Source: Pseudomonadales bacterium (GTDB lineage: Bacteria; Pseudomonadota; Gammaproteobacteria; Pseudomonadales; Azotimanducaceae). From it: DNA of 64,000 nucleotides. The notes beneath the pieces were generated by a model, which worked only from the letters and a program-made list of their open reading frames with translations, was not told where the DNA came from and did no database searches. The stretch covers positions 66,616 through 130,615 of the forward strand of contig JACKNX010000009.1 of NCBI GenBank assembly GCA_024234635.1. Reading direction: 5' to 3'. Position 1 is the stretch's first letter, and each line of letters opens with the position of its first letter. This document shows positions 1 to 7,849 of the stretch, one piece after another. Made by a program: the position numbers and the translations under genes.

Positions 1-749
1 GCCGCCTCCACCACGTCGTGTGCCTTGTCGAATTCAGCGTCGATGCGGTCGAAGCCGGCGTCCACGCCCTCGTGCGCCGTGTCGAACTCCGCCTCCACGA
101 CCGGCATCAGTTCATCGAGCCTGCCCTGATCGCGCTCCAGATCGTGAGCGGCGGAGGAACTCAGTTCGCCGCGTGCATCCAGCAGATCCTGTGCCGCCTC
201 CGTGGTCCGGTCCTCCAGGGTGTCCAGCAGATCGTGTACGTGGGGAGGCAGCCGCTCGAAGAGGTTGTCCGCCGCGTCCACCGTGACGCCAAGGACATCG
301 GCCGCCAGTTTCAGGGACATGTCAGCACCATCCAGTTCGCGCACTCTGGCCGTTTCCACGAGCCTGTCCATCTCGTCGTGGTGTTCCGCCTTGAAATCCT
401 GGAGTGAGACCGAGAACCGGTCTTCCCAGGCCTGTACGTCTTCGCCCAGCTCGCCGATATCCTCGACCAGACCTTCACGCAGTGTGTCCACCCGCTCCTG
501 GGACAGCGCCTTGAACGCATCGAACTCTTCCTGACTGATGCGTCCCTCGTGGAAGTCACGTGCTACGGCGGTTTCCTGGTCGATGATGAACTGCGACAGG
601 GGATGACGATCCTGCCCCACCAGTTCCGGATGTTCCCGTCGCTGCTCTGCCTCACCTTCAAGGAGCGCCGTGGTGTACGGCATGCCGTACTCGGTGAACC
701 ACTGGTTGGGGGCCAGTTCCGGCTTGTCCGTCTCGTTTGCTTCGGCCAT
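1..749 (-). CDS. hypothetical highly acidic helical protein, 3' end beyond the window edge
   Basis: Hand translation of the minus strand from ATG (plus-strand cat 747-749) gives an uninterrupted frame to position 1: MAEANETDKPELAPNQWFTEYGMPY...DAEFDKAHDVVEA. GGAGA sits 7 nt upstream. Not in the ORF track because no stop lies in the window. No recognisable domain. Confidence 0.6.
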   Translation of the reverse strand, partial: MAEANETDKPELAPNQWFTEYGMPYTTALLEGEAEQRREHPELVGQDRHPLSQFIIDQETAVARDFHEGRISQEEFDAFKALSQERVDTLREGLVEDIGELGEDVQAWEDRFSVSLQDFKAEHHDEMDRLVETARVRELDGADMSLKLAADVLGVTVDAADNLFERLPPHVHDLLDTLEDRTTEAAQDLLDARGELSSSAAHDLERDQGRLDELMPVVEAEFDTAHEGVDAGFDRIDAEFDKAHDVVEA

Positions 750-803
750 CACAATTCTCCGTGATTCTGTAAAGCCAAAGGCGTCGAAACCGCGCGATTG
801 GGT

Positions 804-1073
804 TCAGTCGCCGTCCTCATCCGCGCACTGTCCATCCAGCCAGAGCGCGCCCGCCACACCGATGCCAAGCGTCGCCGCCAGCAGATCGAGATCGTCCGGT
901 GCAAATCCCCGATCTTCCGGTGGGGTGAAAACCGCGGCGGCAATGGCATCGGCGCGCGCCTGGTCCACTGGCCTCGCGGGGACCCAGACATTCGTGCGTC
1001 TTTCCGCGTCCGTCGCGGCGCGCACCCGCGGCGCCTGTGGGTTACTCCGCTTCTGAGGGTTACTCCGCTTCAT
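804..1073 (-). CDS. small hypothetical protein (89 aa) with a KRSNPQ duplication
   Basis: Trimmed from track ORF 804..1298, whose 5' part reads through a repeat element. ATG at 1071-1073. Lies between two same-strand genes. No homology recognised. Confidence 0.3.
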   Translation of the reverse strand: MKRSNPQKRSNPQAPRVRAATDAERRTNVWVPARPVDQARADAIAAAVFTPPEDRGFAPDDLDLLAATLGIGVAGALWLDGQCADEDGD

Positions 1074-1123
1074 AGTCAGTGCACCCACGTTCCATCCGGA
1101 AGTTGTTGCCCGTGCATTAGCAG

Positions 1124-1260
1124 ACTGCTGAAAAAGCAGCCTGGTACGCCAGCCAGGGATGGCTGGCCCGAAAATGCAGCGGAAAACGCTGCATTTGGCG
1201 CGAGTCGGCGAAGCCGGCGACTGCTGACACAAGTCCAGGAAGGACTCTTTCAGCATCCTG
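1124..1260 (+). repeat. about 135-bp structured MITE/REP-like element, copy A
   Basis: Near-identical (few mismatches by hand alignment) to the reverse complement of 40330-40466. Terminal inverted repeats are TGCTGAAAAAG...CTCTTTCAGCA. Internal hairpins are AAATGCAGCGGAAAACGCTGCATTT and GAGTCGGCGAAGCCGGCGACT. Confidence 0.85.
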
Positions 1261-1267
1261 TTGGGCT

Positions 1268-2104
1268 TCAACCATCGCCGAAGGCAGCTGAAAGGCAAAG
1301 GATGCCGAGCAGGAACTGGGTGATACCGAGCGCAATCCAGAACACGTAGTAGCCGAGCCCCTGGTCACGCCAGGAAATCCTGAGACGCAACGCAACGCCG
1401 CCGAGGGAGCCGAAGAAGACGACCGCAAGGGTCGTCAGAAAAATCTGGTTTGTGTAGGTGGAGTCCTCACCTTCAAGAACAAAGCCGACGACCAGGCACA
1501 CACCAATGATGACGCCGATGAGGGCCGACATATTTCCCGTTTCGGTGTCGGCATCTTCCCGCACTGCCAGCGAACTGGCCACGATGGCGCTGTTCCGCCC
1601 GCGCAGGTATTGAACGAACTCCGCGGCACGCAACGCGTTGGCAAAGGCGCGCAGGTCAACCCAACGACGCGCCTCCACAAAGGGACGCACGTGATCGCCG
1701 TAGAAGGCGACACCCCGCAGGCGCATGCCGCCGAAGAGTGACTGCTGTACCGCCCAGCGATCATTGGACGCTTCCCGCAGTACCAGCCCTTCCTCACCAC
1801 GGTCCAGACCGATCGCTTCGATGTCCGCGTAAGGGATACGTACGACACTGCGAAAGCGGCGGATCTCCAGTTCCTGCTCACCCAGAGTGAGCCTTGGCAG
1901 ATAGCCGATCGCAAACATGAGGGCCGCCATACCGATGAAGAGCAGCGTGAAGATGAGCATCACGGGTTCCTCTGCCACCGCCATCAGCGGCAAGCCGCCA
2001 ATGAGCAGGAACAACGCCCCGCAGCCATAGACCATCCCGCTGCGCAGTCGGTCCATGCGGTACACCATGGGCTGCACGCCACCCGCCTGAATCGACACGG
2101 CCAC
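1268..2104 (-). CDS. hypothetical multi-pass membrane protein with a central soluble (PH-like?) domain
   Basis: 278-aa ORF with hydrophobic helices at both ends (GCGALFLLIGGLPLMAV, VMLIFTLLFIGMAALMFAIGYL, ALIGVIIGVCLVVGFVL, IFLTTLAVVFFGSLGGV, YYVFWIALGITQFLLGILCL). GTG start 2 nt after the stop of the upstream gene. Confidence 0.7.
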   Translation of the reverse strand: MAVSIQAGGVQPMVYRMDRLRSGMVYGCGALFLLIGGLPLMAVAEEPVMLIFTLLFIGMAALMFAIGYLPRLTLGEQELEIRRFRSVVRIPYADIEAIGLDRGEEGLVLREASNDRWAVQQSLFGGMRLRGVAFYGDHVRPFVEARRWVDLRAFANALRAAEFVQYLRGRNSAIVASSLAVREDADTETGNMSALIGVIIGVCLVVGFVLEGEDSTYTNQIFLTTLAVVFFGSLGGVALRLRISWRDQGLGYYVFWIALGITQFLLGILCLSAAFGDG

Positions 2105-2106
2105 GC

Positions 2107-2682
2107 TCAGGTACCGTCGGTGTGAATGGACTGATCGCCATAGGTGCCGCCCTGGTCACCCTGCTCCAGGTAGTCGTCGGCGGTATCCGCGGCATCCTGT
2201 GCATCGTGGATGGCCTCGTGCGCGGCCAGATCGGAATCGGTTTCGGCGTCCGCAAAAACCACGGCGCCGTCGGCGAACGCCTCGGCGCTTTCGGCCTGGA
2301 ACTCGGCCTCCTCCAGCACGAGAACGTCGTGATCGTTCTCCTGCACCGCTTCGCTGAGCTTCGCGCCCTGTGCCGAAGCGTCGGCCAGGTTGTCGCCCAC
2401 TTCTTCCGCTTTCTCGCGCGCGGTTTCGAAATCGCCGCGATCCGCTGCCTGGGCCTGCTCGCGCTGCGCGAGTTCCGCGTCTTCGCGGTTATCTTCCGCA
2501 ACCTGCGCGCTGAGGATGGTGTCGTCCATGTCCACCTGACCGAGTTCACCGCTGAACTCGGCTTCGGTCAGCGCATCATGCACCTGCCGGCTTTCGTTTT
2601 CGTTCAGACCCGCCAGTTCAACCTCATAGGTTTCCTCCAGCGCTTCAACCCGGTCTTCGTCGTCGTATCGCACTTCCGCCAT
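2107..2682 (-). CDS. hypothetical hyper-acidic protein (191 aa)
   Basis: ATG at 2680-2682 preceded by AGGAGAA. Sequence is dominated by D/E/A (MAEVRYDDEDRVEALEETYEVELAG...). No domain recognised. Confidence 0.75.
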   Translation of the reverse strand: MAEVRYDDEDRVEALEETYEVELAGLNENESRQVHDALTEAEFSGELGQVDMDDTILSAQVAEDNREDAELAQREQAQAADRGDFETAREKAEEVGDNLADASAQGAKLSEAVQENDHDVLVLEEAEFQAESAEAFADGAVVFADAETDSDLAAHEAIHDAQDAADTADDYLEQGDQGGTYGDQSIHTDGT

Positions 2683-2720
2683 GGTTGTTCTCCTGCCTGT
2701 TTCATCGGGGCGGTGGAACG

Positions 2721-3518
2721 TCAGGCCATCGAGCCATCGTCATCCGTTTCCGCCGTGTCATCCGTATAGGCGTCAAATACCTCGGAATCCGGTTCACCCT
2801 CCACCACTTCGGTGTCTGCACGGGCCACCTGCAGCCCTTCCGGGGAGCTGTCCGCATGCAGGTTTTCGATCACCCGCTCACTGTTCTCATGCAGGTCGTC
2901 CAGCAGGCTGTCCATGCTGTCCATCATTTCCTGCATGCGCTGCGTGGCGTTCTCGACACCGGCCTGATCCGCGGCGCCGATGCTTTCCGTCAACACACCC
3001 TGCAACGATTCGGTCGTCAGCGAACCGGCGGACTCCACGGCATTGGCGATGTTCTGGGTGATGCCGTCGATCTTGTCCGTGAGATTGCGCAGGACTTCCG
3101 AACCCAGCAGATCCCTCAGCCCGCCACCCGTGCCCGGCTCCGCTGCCGCTCCCGTGATCTGCTCGAGCGCCTGTTCTTCGGCGGCGGGCTGCTGCGCCAT
3201 TTCGCCTACGACGACGTCGAGTTCAGCCACGGTCTGCGCCTGCTCGTCCGGATGCTCCGCCATGTACGAAACGTACGCGTCCCAGACATCCGCATTGCCC
3301 GCATCGGTGGCATTGCCCGCATTGCCAGCGGCGGCCAGGCTTTCCAGCCGCTCCGCCAGATCGTCCGGAAAACCGTTTGCCACCAGGTGATCCGCGGTGA
3401 CGCCTTTCAACGCGTCGCCGAGCGCCGTCATGGACGCGGCATCGTTACCCAGTGTGGACGGAAGGCTGGCCACTACACCGCTCACCAGATTGCCCATGTT
3501 GCCGAAGCTGATATTCAT
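2721..3518 (-). CDS. hypothetical acidic protein (265 aa)
   Basis: ATG at 3516-3518 preceded by AAGGAGA. Acidic helical sequence (…MQEMMDSMDSLLDDLHENSERVIENL…). No domain recognised. Confidence 0.75.
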   Translation of the reverse strand: MNISFGNMGNLVSGVVASLPSTLGNDAASMTALGDALKGVTADHLVANGFPDDLAERLESLAAAGNAGNATDAGNADVWDAYVSYMAEHPDEQAQTVAELDVVVGEMAQQPAAEEQALEQITGAAAEPGTGGGLRDLLGSEVLRNLTDKIDGITQNIANAVESAGSLTTESLQGVLTESIGAADQAGVENATQRMQEMMDSMDSLLDDLHENSERVIENLHADSSPEGLQVARADTEVVEGEPDSEVFDAYTDDTAETDDDGSMA

Positions 3519-3540
3519 GATCGTTTCTCCTTATGCGCGC

Positions 3541-4011
3541 TCAGTCCCAGGAATCCGTTTCCCCATCCGCGGCCTCCCGCTCGCGGGCTTCGCGTTCTTC
3601 CTCCTCACGCTCCCGTGCTTCCCGTTCTTCCCGTTCGCGTTCGAGCCGTTCCTCGCGCTCCCGCATTTCCTGCTCGCGCTGCTCGCGTTCGTGCTGTTCC
3701 TGTTCGCGGCGCTCCTGCGCCGCCTGCGCCGCTGCCGCCTCGGCTTCCACCGCCTGCGCATGCTGGTCCGCGGCTTCTTCTGTCTCCCGCGCCTCGTCGT
3801 GCGCCGCGTTGGCGGCCATCACCGTGCCGGACTCGACAGGTACGGCCGGCGATGCCGGTGTCGCCTGCGTCGTGACGTCGCGCATGGCGCCCGACACCTC
3901 CCGGGACAACGCCTCATCCGGCACGGATTCGGCTTCGATCACGGGACCGTCCCTGGAAGGCGCTATCGCAATCTCGAAGGCATCACCTGACTCGTCGGGG
4001 GTTGTCGCCAT
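3541..4011 (-). CDS. hypothetical protein with an E/R-rich charged C-terminal helix
   Basis: ATG at 4009-4011 lies 1 nt past the stop of the upstream gene (alternative GTG at 4020). The C-terminal about 60 aa are almost only E/R/Q/A (ERREQEQHEREQREQEMREREERLEREREEREAREREEEEREAREREA). Confidence 0.65.
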   Translation of the reverse strand: MATTPDESGDAFEIAIAPSRDGPVIEAESVPDEALSREVSGAMRDVTTQATPASPAVPVESGTVMAANAAHDEARETEEAADQHAQAVEAEAAAAQAAQERREQEQHEREQREQEMREREERLEREREEREAREREEEEREAREREAADGETDSWD

Positions 4012-4012
4012 A

Positions 4013-5473
4013 TCAATCACTCAACTGATCCGGGGAGGGTTCAGGTTTCTTTGCCCGCTTGCGGGGTTTCACACTCAGAACTTCGCCGCAGGCGGCATTC
4101 GGACAACGCACGTTCACCGGCGCGTCACCCGCGAGCGCGGCCTTGTCCACATACATGGGCTCCTTGCACGCGACACAGGTAATGCGCACCCGATCGGGAC
4201 GACTTACCGCTGGAGAGGGATCAGGCCCGGGGGCACTGGCCTTCGGCTTCACCCGAAGGACTTTGCGGCAGTCCGCATTCGGGCAACGCACGTTGACCGG
4301 CTTGTCGGTGTCCAGCAGCGATTTCGGCACGATCATCGAACCGCCACACGCCGCGCAGGTGAGCCGCTGTTTGTCCGCAGGCAGCTCAGCCGGCTTCTTC
4401 TCAGCCTTCTCCTGCGACGCCGGCGTCGGGGCGTAATACTCGATGTAACGGCGCCATTCGCGGAACGCGTCGCTGTCCACGAATTCCGCCAGCGTGCGCA
4501 GCCTTGGCGCCAGGTACGGCGTGGTCGCCATCGTCCATTCCGACATGCGCAGGTACGGATCGTCCGCCGCCGCTTCCTGTTCGAGCCACGCCTCCTGGTT
4601 CAACTTGCCGTAGATGGGGAACGACTTCATTGCCCATTGCGTGAGTACCTGGCGGGCCTGGTCCAGCCGACCGGTAACCAGCACGGCGGCCCGATCCGCG
4701 GTGATCTCGGCGTGGCGCGACCAGCGCATGAGCGGCGCTTCCACCGCGCTCTCCAGCAGCTTCGCGGGGTTGAGGAACTGCAGCACACCTTCGCCGAGGA
4801 TGGTGGACTGGCTGCTGGTCTGCCCCATGAGAAACTGCATGGCGGTTTTCCAGTACACGTGACCCGCGCGCACATGACCCATCTCGCGGGCGATGAGAAA
4901 CAGCAGATCGTCCGGTTTCAGGTTGATGAGCACGCTGCCAATGCTGATGAAACTGCCGCCGTAACCGCCCAGGGAGTACACGTCCCACATACGCTCACCG
5001 GAGACATACACTTCGGGCATGTGCGGCAGACCCATCAGGCGTGCCGCCCTGAGCGCCAGATCGAACAGCTCGGGCAACTGGCGATCGCTCAGGCGCACCC
5101 CATTGGTAGCGGCTTCGAACACCGGCCGGCCGTAGCGCTGCGCGATGCCGTGCGCCGCGGACGCAAGCGGGCCCGTACTGTTGAGCACGCGCATCGCCTG
5201 CGCATCCATCTGCCACATGAAGGCGTCTTCCGGCAGGTGATAGTCCGCATGCAGCGGCCGCAGCCAGCGGCACTGCGGGCAGTAGAGCTGTGCTTCCGGG
5301 AGTTGCGCACCCTCACCGCCGCAGGTCGGGCAGCCGAAGGGATTCGCCGGCGCCATGGGCATCACGGCAGGGAGTTCGCCGACTTTCAGACCACATTCCA
5401 TGCAGAACTCGCCGTCATCCGGGAGCGCGGTGCCGCAATCGATGCAGAAGCGTGTGGTGGATGTGTCGCTCAC
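4013..5473 (-). CDS. multi-zinc-ribbon protein with a central M48-like peptidase domain whose HEXXH is REXXH
   Basis: N-terminal CxxC pairs (FCIDCG...FCMECG; CPTCGG...CPQCRW). Central LIAREMGHVRAGH plus downstream SRHAEITADRAA resemble the M48 HEXXH...ExxAD layout. Two C-terminal repeats follow (CAACGG..VNVRCPNADCRKVL; CVACKE..VNVRCPNAACGEVL). GTG start. Confidence 0.85.
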   Translation of the reverse strand: MSDTSTTRFCIDCGTALPDDGEFCMECGLKVGELPAVMPMAPANPFGCPTCGGEGAQLPEAQLYCPQCRWLRPLHADYHLPEDAFMWQMDAQAMRVLNSTGPLASAAHGIAQRYGRPVFEAATNGVRLSDRQLPELFDLALRAARLMGLPHMPEVYVSGERMWDVYSLGGYGGSFISIGSVLINLKPDDLLFLIAREMGHVRAGHVYWKTAMQFLMGQTSSQSTILGEGVLQFLNPAKLLESAVEAPLMRWSRHAEITADRAAVLVTGRLDQARQVLTQWAMKSFPIYGKLNQEAWLEQEAAADDPYLRMSEWTMATTPYLAPRLRTLAEFVDSDAFREWRRYIEYYAPTPASQEKAEKKPAELPADKQRLTCAACGGSMIVPKSLLDTDKPVNVRCPNADCRKVLRVKPKASAPGPDPSPAVSRPDRVRITCVACKEPMYVDKAALAGDAPVNVRCPNAACGEVLSVKPRKRAKKPEPSPDQLSD

Positions 5474-5482
5474 GCCAGCGCC

Positions 5483-6313
5483 TCAGATGCGGGCCAGCAG
5501 TTCGGCCTTCTTGGCCTCGAACTCTTCCACCGTGATGGCGCCGATATCCTTCAGCTCCGCGAGTTTGCGAATGCGGGCGATGGTCTCGTCCTGGGACACG
5601 GCCACAGCGGACGGCGTCGCCGGCATGGCGGCCGGTGGCGCGGCTTGCGCCTGTGGGGCGGGCGTGGGCATCGCCGGTGAGTACGTCCCTGCCGACCCAC
5701 CGGCCGGCACCGACCGCAATGCCGTGAACAGGTTTTCGGCGACAAGCTTCGGCGCCCGCGAAGCGATCATCCACACATTCAGCGCAGCTCCGCCGATAAA
5801 CAGCAGGAACCACAGCATCATCATGTAGGGATTGAGCATGATGACCAGCACCAGCACTACGGCCGAAATGATCCAGATGGAAGCCGTGGACGACCAGTCG
5901 ACACGGGAACTGATCGATACCATCGTCTGCGCCGCGCTGACCGGCGACACCGCTATGTCGCTCTCCACCCGCACGGGCGCACTCATGGTGGACAGGAACT
6001 CCTTGTAGATCAGGATCGCGTTCATCTGATGCGGAGGCATCTGATTGCGGATCTCGCCGCCCTTCTGCGCTTCGACATGACGGGCAACAGCGGCGTACAG
6101 CGCCTGCGCATCAACGCCGTCGAACTGTCGGCTCTCCGATTTGCCGCCGAAACCGTTGGCGTACGGACCACGGGGCGGCATTGGCGGCGGCAGGGGATTG
6201 GGTGGCGGCGGATTGGGCGCCGCCACCAGTGACGCTCTGCAACCGGCACAGAACTTCGCCTGCACCGGATTGGCCCTGCCGCAGCTGGAACATGCCCTGG
6301 ATTCTTCGCTCAT
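5483..6313 (-). CDS. zinc-ribbon / Pro-rich / 2-TM protein with C-terminal SHOCT-like domain
   Basis: CSSCGRANPVQAKFCAGC zinc ribbon. PNPPPPNPLPPPMPP linker. Hydrophobic pair IWIISAVVLVLVIML / LWFLLFIGGAALNVWMI. C-terminal IARIRKLAELKDIGAITVEEFEAKKAELLARI is typical of SHOCT. ATG at 6311-6313 behind AGGGGTGG (track start 6322 is GTG). Confidence 0.8.
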   Translation of the reverse strand: MSEESRACSSCGRANPVQAKFCAGCRASLVAAPNPPPPNPLPPPMPPRGPYANGFGGKSESRQFDGVDAQALYAAVARHVEAQKGGEIRNQMPPHQMNAILIYKEFLSTMSAPVRVESDIAVSPVSAAQTMVSISSRVDWSSTASIWIISAVVLVLVIMLNPYMMMLWFLLFIGGAALNVWMIASRAPKLVAENLFTALRSVPAGGSAGTYSPAMPTPAPQAQAAPPAAMPATPSAVAVSQDETIARIRKLAELKDIGAITVEEFEAKKAELLARI

Positions 6314-6622
6314 TGCCGCCACCCCTGTCGATTTGCCGTATTCCCAACCTGATCCTTCACCGGGCAGCTCCGGGGGAACTGCCCGTTACTGACACAGGCG
6401 CAAATACCGTCCAAACCGGTTCAGGCGCGACGAATCGGGGTTGCGACTGTCAGCTCGACGACAACGCACGTTAAAAAAGTCCCGGCCGGTGAACCGTTTT
6501 TCCCCCGGATTTCCGCCTGTACCGGTGCAGCTCGAGCATCCCGGCCGCCCCTCATGGGCCACCGCGAACGCGCTGCACGCAGCGGCATTGCCGCGGACGA
6601 CAACCGAAAAGGCAGGTGGGCA

Positions 6623-7282
6623 ATGAACTTCGATCTGGACCGCAAGACCGTCGCCATCGTGGTTGTACTGATCGTGCTGGTGGCAGCGGTCATCTCGGAA
6701 TATCAGGACAACGGCGGCAACTGGTCCGGGAATCAGAACCCGTCCGGCTACCCCGGTAACAATCCGTATGTCACGCCGGGCAGCGGCCCGTACGCGAATC
6801 CGGCGTACAACAATCCGACCTACCCGCCGGGCTATGGCCCACAGACGCCCGGCTACGGGCCAAATGGCCCGGGATACGGCCCGAGCGGCCCGGGGTACGG
6901 GCCGAACAGTCCCGGCTATGGGCCGAATTCTCCCGGTTACGGCCCTGGCCAACCCGGCTACGGGCCAAACGGTCCGGGCTACGGCCCGCCGGGTGCGCCA
7001 GGCTATGGACCGAACACACCAGCATATGGACCGGACGGTCCCGGAAACGGCCCCAATGCACCCGGCTATGGCCCGACGGGCTATCCCGCACCGAACTACG
7101 GCCCCGGCAACGCGCAGTCTCCTGGGTATGGCCCGCAGGATGGTGGCTACCCGCCGTCCGGCTACGGCCCCCAGGGACCTGGTCAAAGTGCTCCAACTTC
7201 TACGGACGTGTGGATCGACGATCGCGCCACGCGCGCTCCCGGCGCCGCCGGAGAAGCCGACGCGGAATCGGACGCCCCGTAA
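6623..7282 (+). CDS. single-pass membrane protein with 12 tandem PGYGPxx heptads
   Basis: ATG at 6623 behind AGGCAGGTGG. TM segment is TVAIVVVLIVLVAAVI, followed by the repeat array. The stop TAA overlaps the ATG of the next gene (TAATG). Confidence 0.8.
   Translation: MNFDLDRKTVAIVVVLIVLVAAVISEYQDNGGNWSGNQNPSGYPGNNPYVTPGSGPYANPAYNNPTYPPGYGPQTPGYGPNGPGYGPSGPGYGPNSPGYGPNSPGYGPGQPGYGPNGPGYGPPGAPGYGPNTPAYGPDGPGNGPNAPGYGPTGYPAPNYGPGNAQSPGYGPQDGGYPPSGYGPQGPGQSAPTSTDVWIDDRATRAPGAAGEADAESDAP
6827..7084 (+). repeat. in-frame 21-nt tandem repeat array (PGYGPxx x about 12)
   Basis: Read directly: PGYGPQT PGYGPNG PGYGPSG PGYGPNS PGYGPNS PGYGPGQ PGYGPNG PGYGPPGA PGYGPNT PAYGPDG PGNGPNA PGYGPTGY. Copies differ by synonymous codon variation. 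Confidence 0.9.
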
Positions 7283-7842
7283 TGGCGCGGGCGTGCCTCG
7301 GTGCATGGCTCGTTGTCCTGGTCGCCGCGGCGCGTGCCGACGTGCCGCCGCCGGTGGATCTGCCGATTCAGAATCTGCGGCAGGAAACGCAGGTGTGGTG
7401 CTGGGCCGCGGTGGCCCAGCAGATCATCATGGCAACCCGCGGACCGCAGGCCACGCCACCCCAGTGCGCACTGGTCGCGCGCGCCTACAGCCAGCGCCCG
7501 GAAACCTGCTGCGGCATGCCGTGGAACTGCACGGTGACCGGCAACCTGCAGCAGATCCAGGGCCTGATCGCGGAGTTCGGCGGCCGCTATTCGCAGATTG
7601 CCGCACCCACGGACCCGATGACCCTCTACAGCACGTTGTCCGCAGGCCGCGCAATTATTCTGGCGGTGAAGTCGTCACCGTTTGCGGGCCATGTGATCGT
7701 GTTGCGGGGCATGGCCTGGGTACCCACCTGGAATGGGGTACAGCCCGTGCTCTACATCAATGACCCGATGGCGTACTACACGCAGCCGGTGCCTTTCGAG
7801 GCAATCGCGCGCATGTGGGACGCGGCCATTGTCGTCCAGTGA
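7282..7842 (+). CDS. secreted papain-fold cysteine peptidase (C39-like / AvrRpt2 C70-like)
   Basis: Signal peptide MARACLGAWLVVLVAAARA. Q...C motif IQNLRQETQVWCWAAVAQQI, later GHVIVLRG and INDP, consistent with a Cys-His-Asp triad. Translationally coupled to the upstream gene. Confidence 0.7.
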   Translation: MARACLGAWLVVLVAAARADVPPPVDLPIQNLRQETQVWCWAAVAQQIIMATRGPQATPPQCALVARAYSQRPETCCGMPWNCTVTGNLQQIQGLIAEFGGRYSQIAAPTDPMTLYSTLSAGRAIILAVKSSPFAGHVIVLRGMAWVPTWNGVQPVLYINDPMAYYTQPVPFEAIARMWDAAIVVQ

Positions 7843-7849
7843 CGACTTG

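Noticed and set aside
804-1298. 164-aa ORF as listed in the track
   Set aside because: Its first 75 codons are a read-through of the MITE-like repeat. The same peptide, LLKKQPGTPARDGWP.NAAENAAFGASRRSRR, also appears at the second copy. It was trimmed to 804..1073 and kept only at low confidence.
3533-5680. 715-aa plus-strand ORF
   Set aside because: It is antisense to three coupled minus-strand genes that have RBSs and recognisable zinc-ribbon, M48 and SHOCT motifs. Its own translation is Arg/Ser/Ala-rich with no motifs.
6827-7084. Regular 21-nt tandem repeats considered as a CRISPR-like or VNTR non-coding array
   Set aside because: The repeats are contiguous with no spacers, in frame, and vary mainly at synonymous or x positions of a PGYGPxx heptad within an ORF that has a good start, a TM helix and translational coupling to the next gene.
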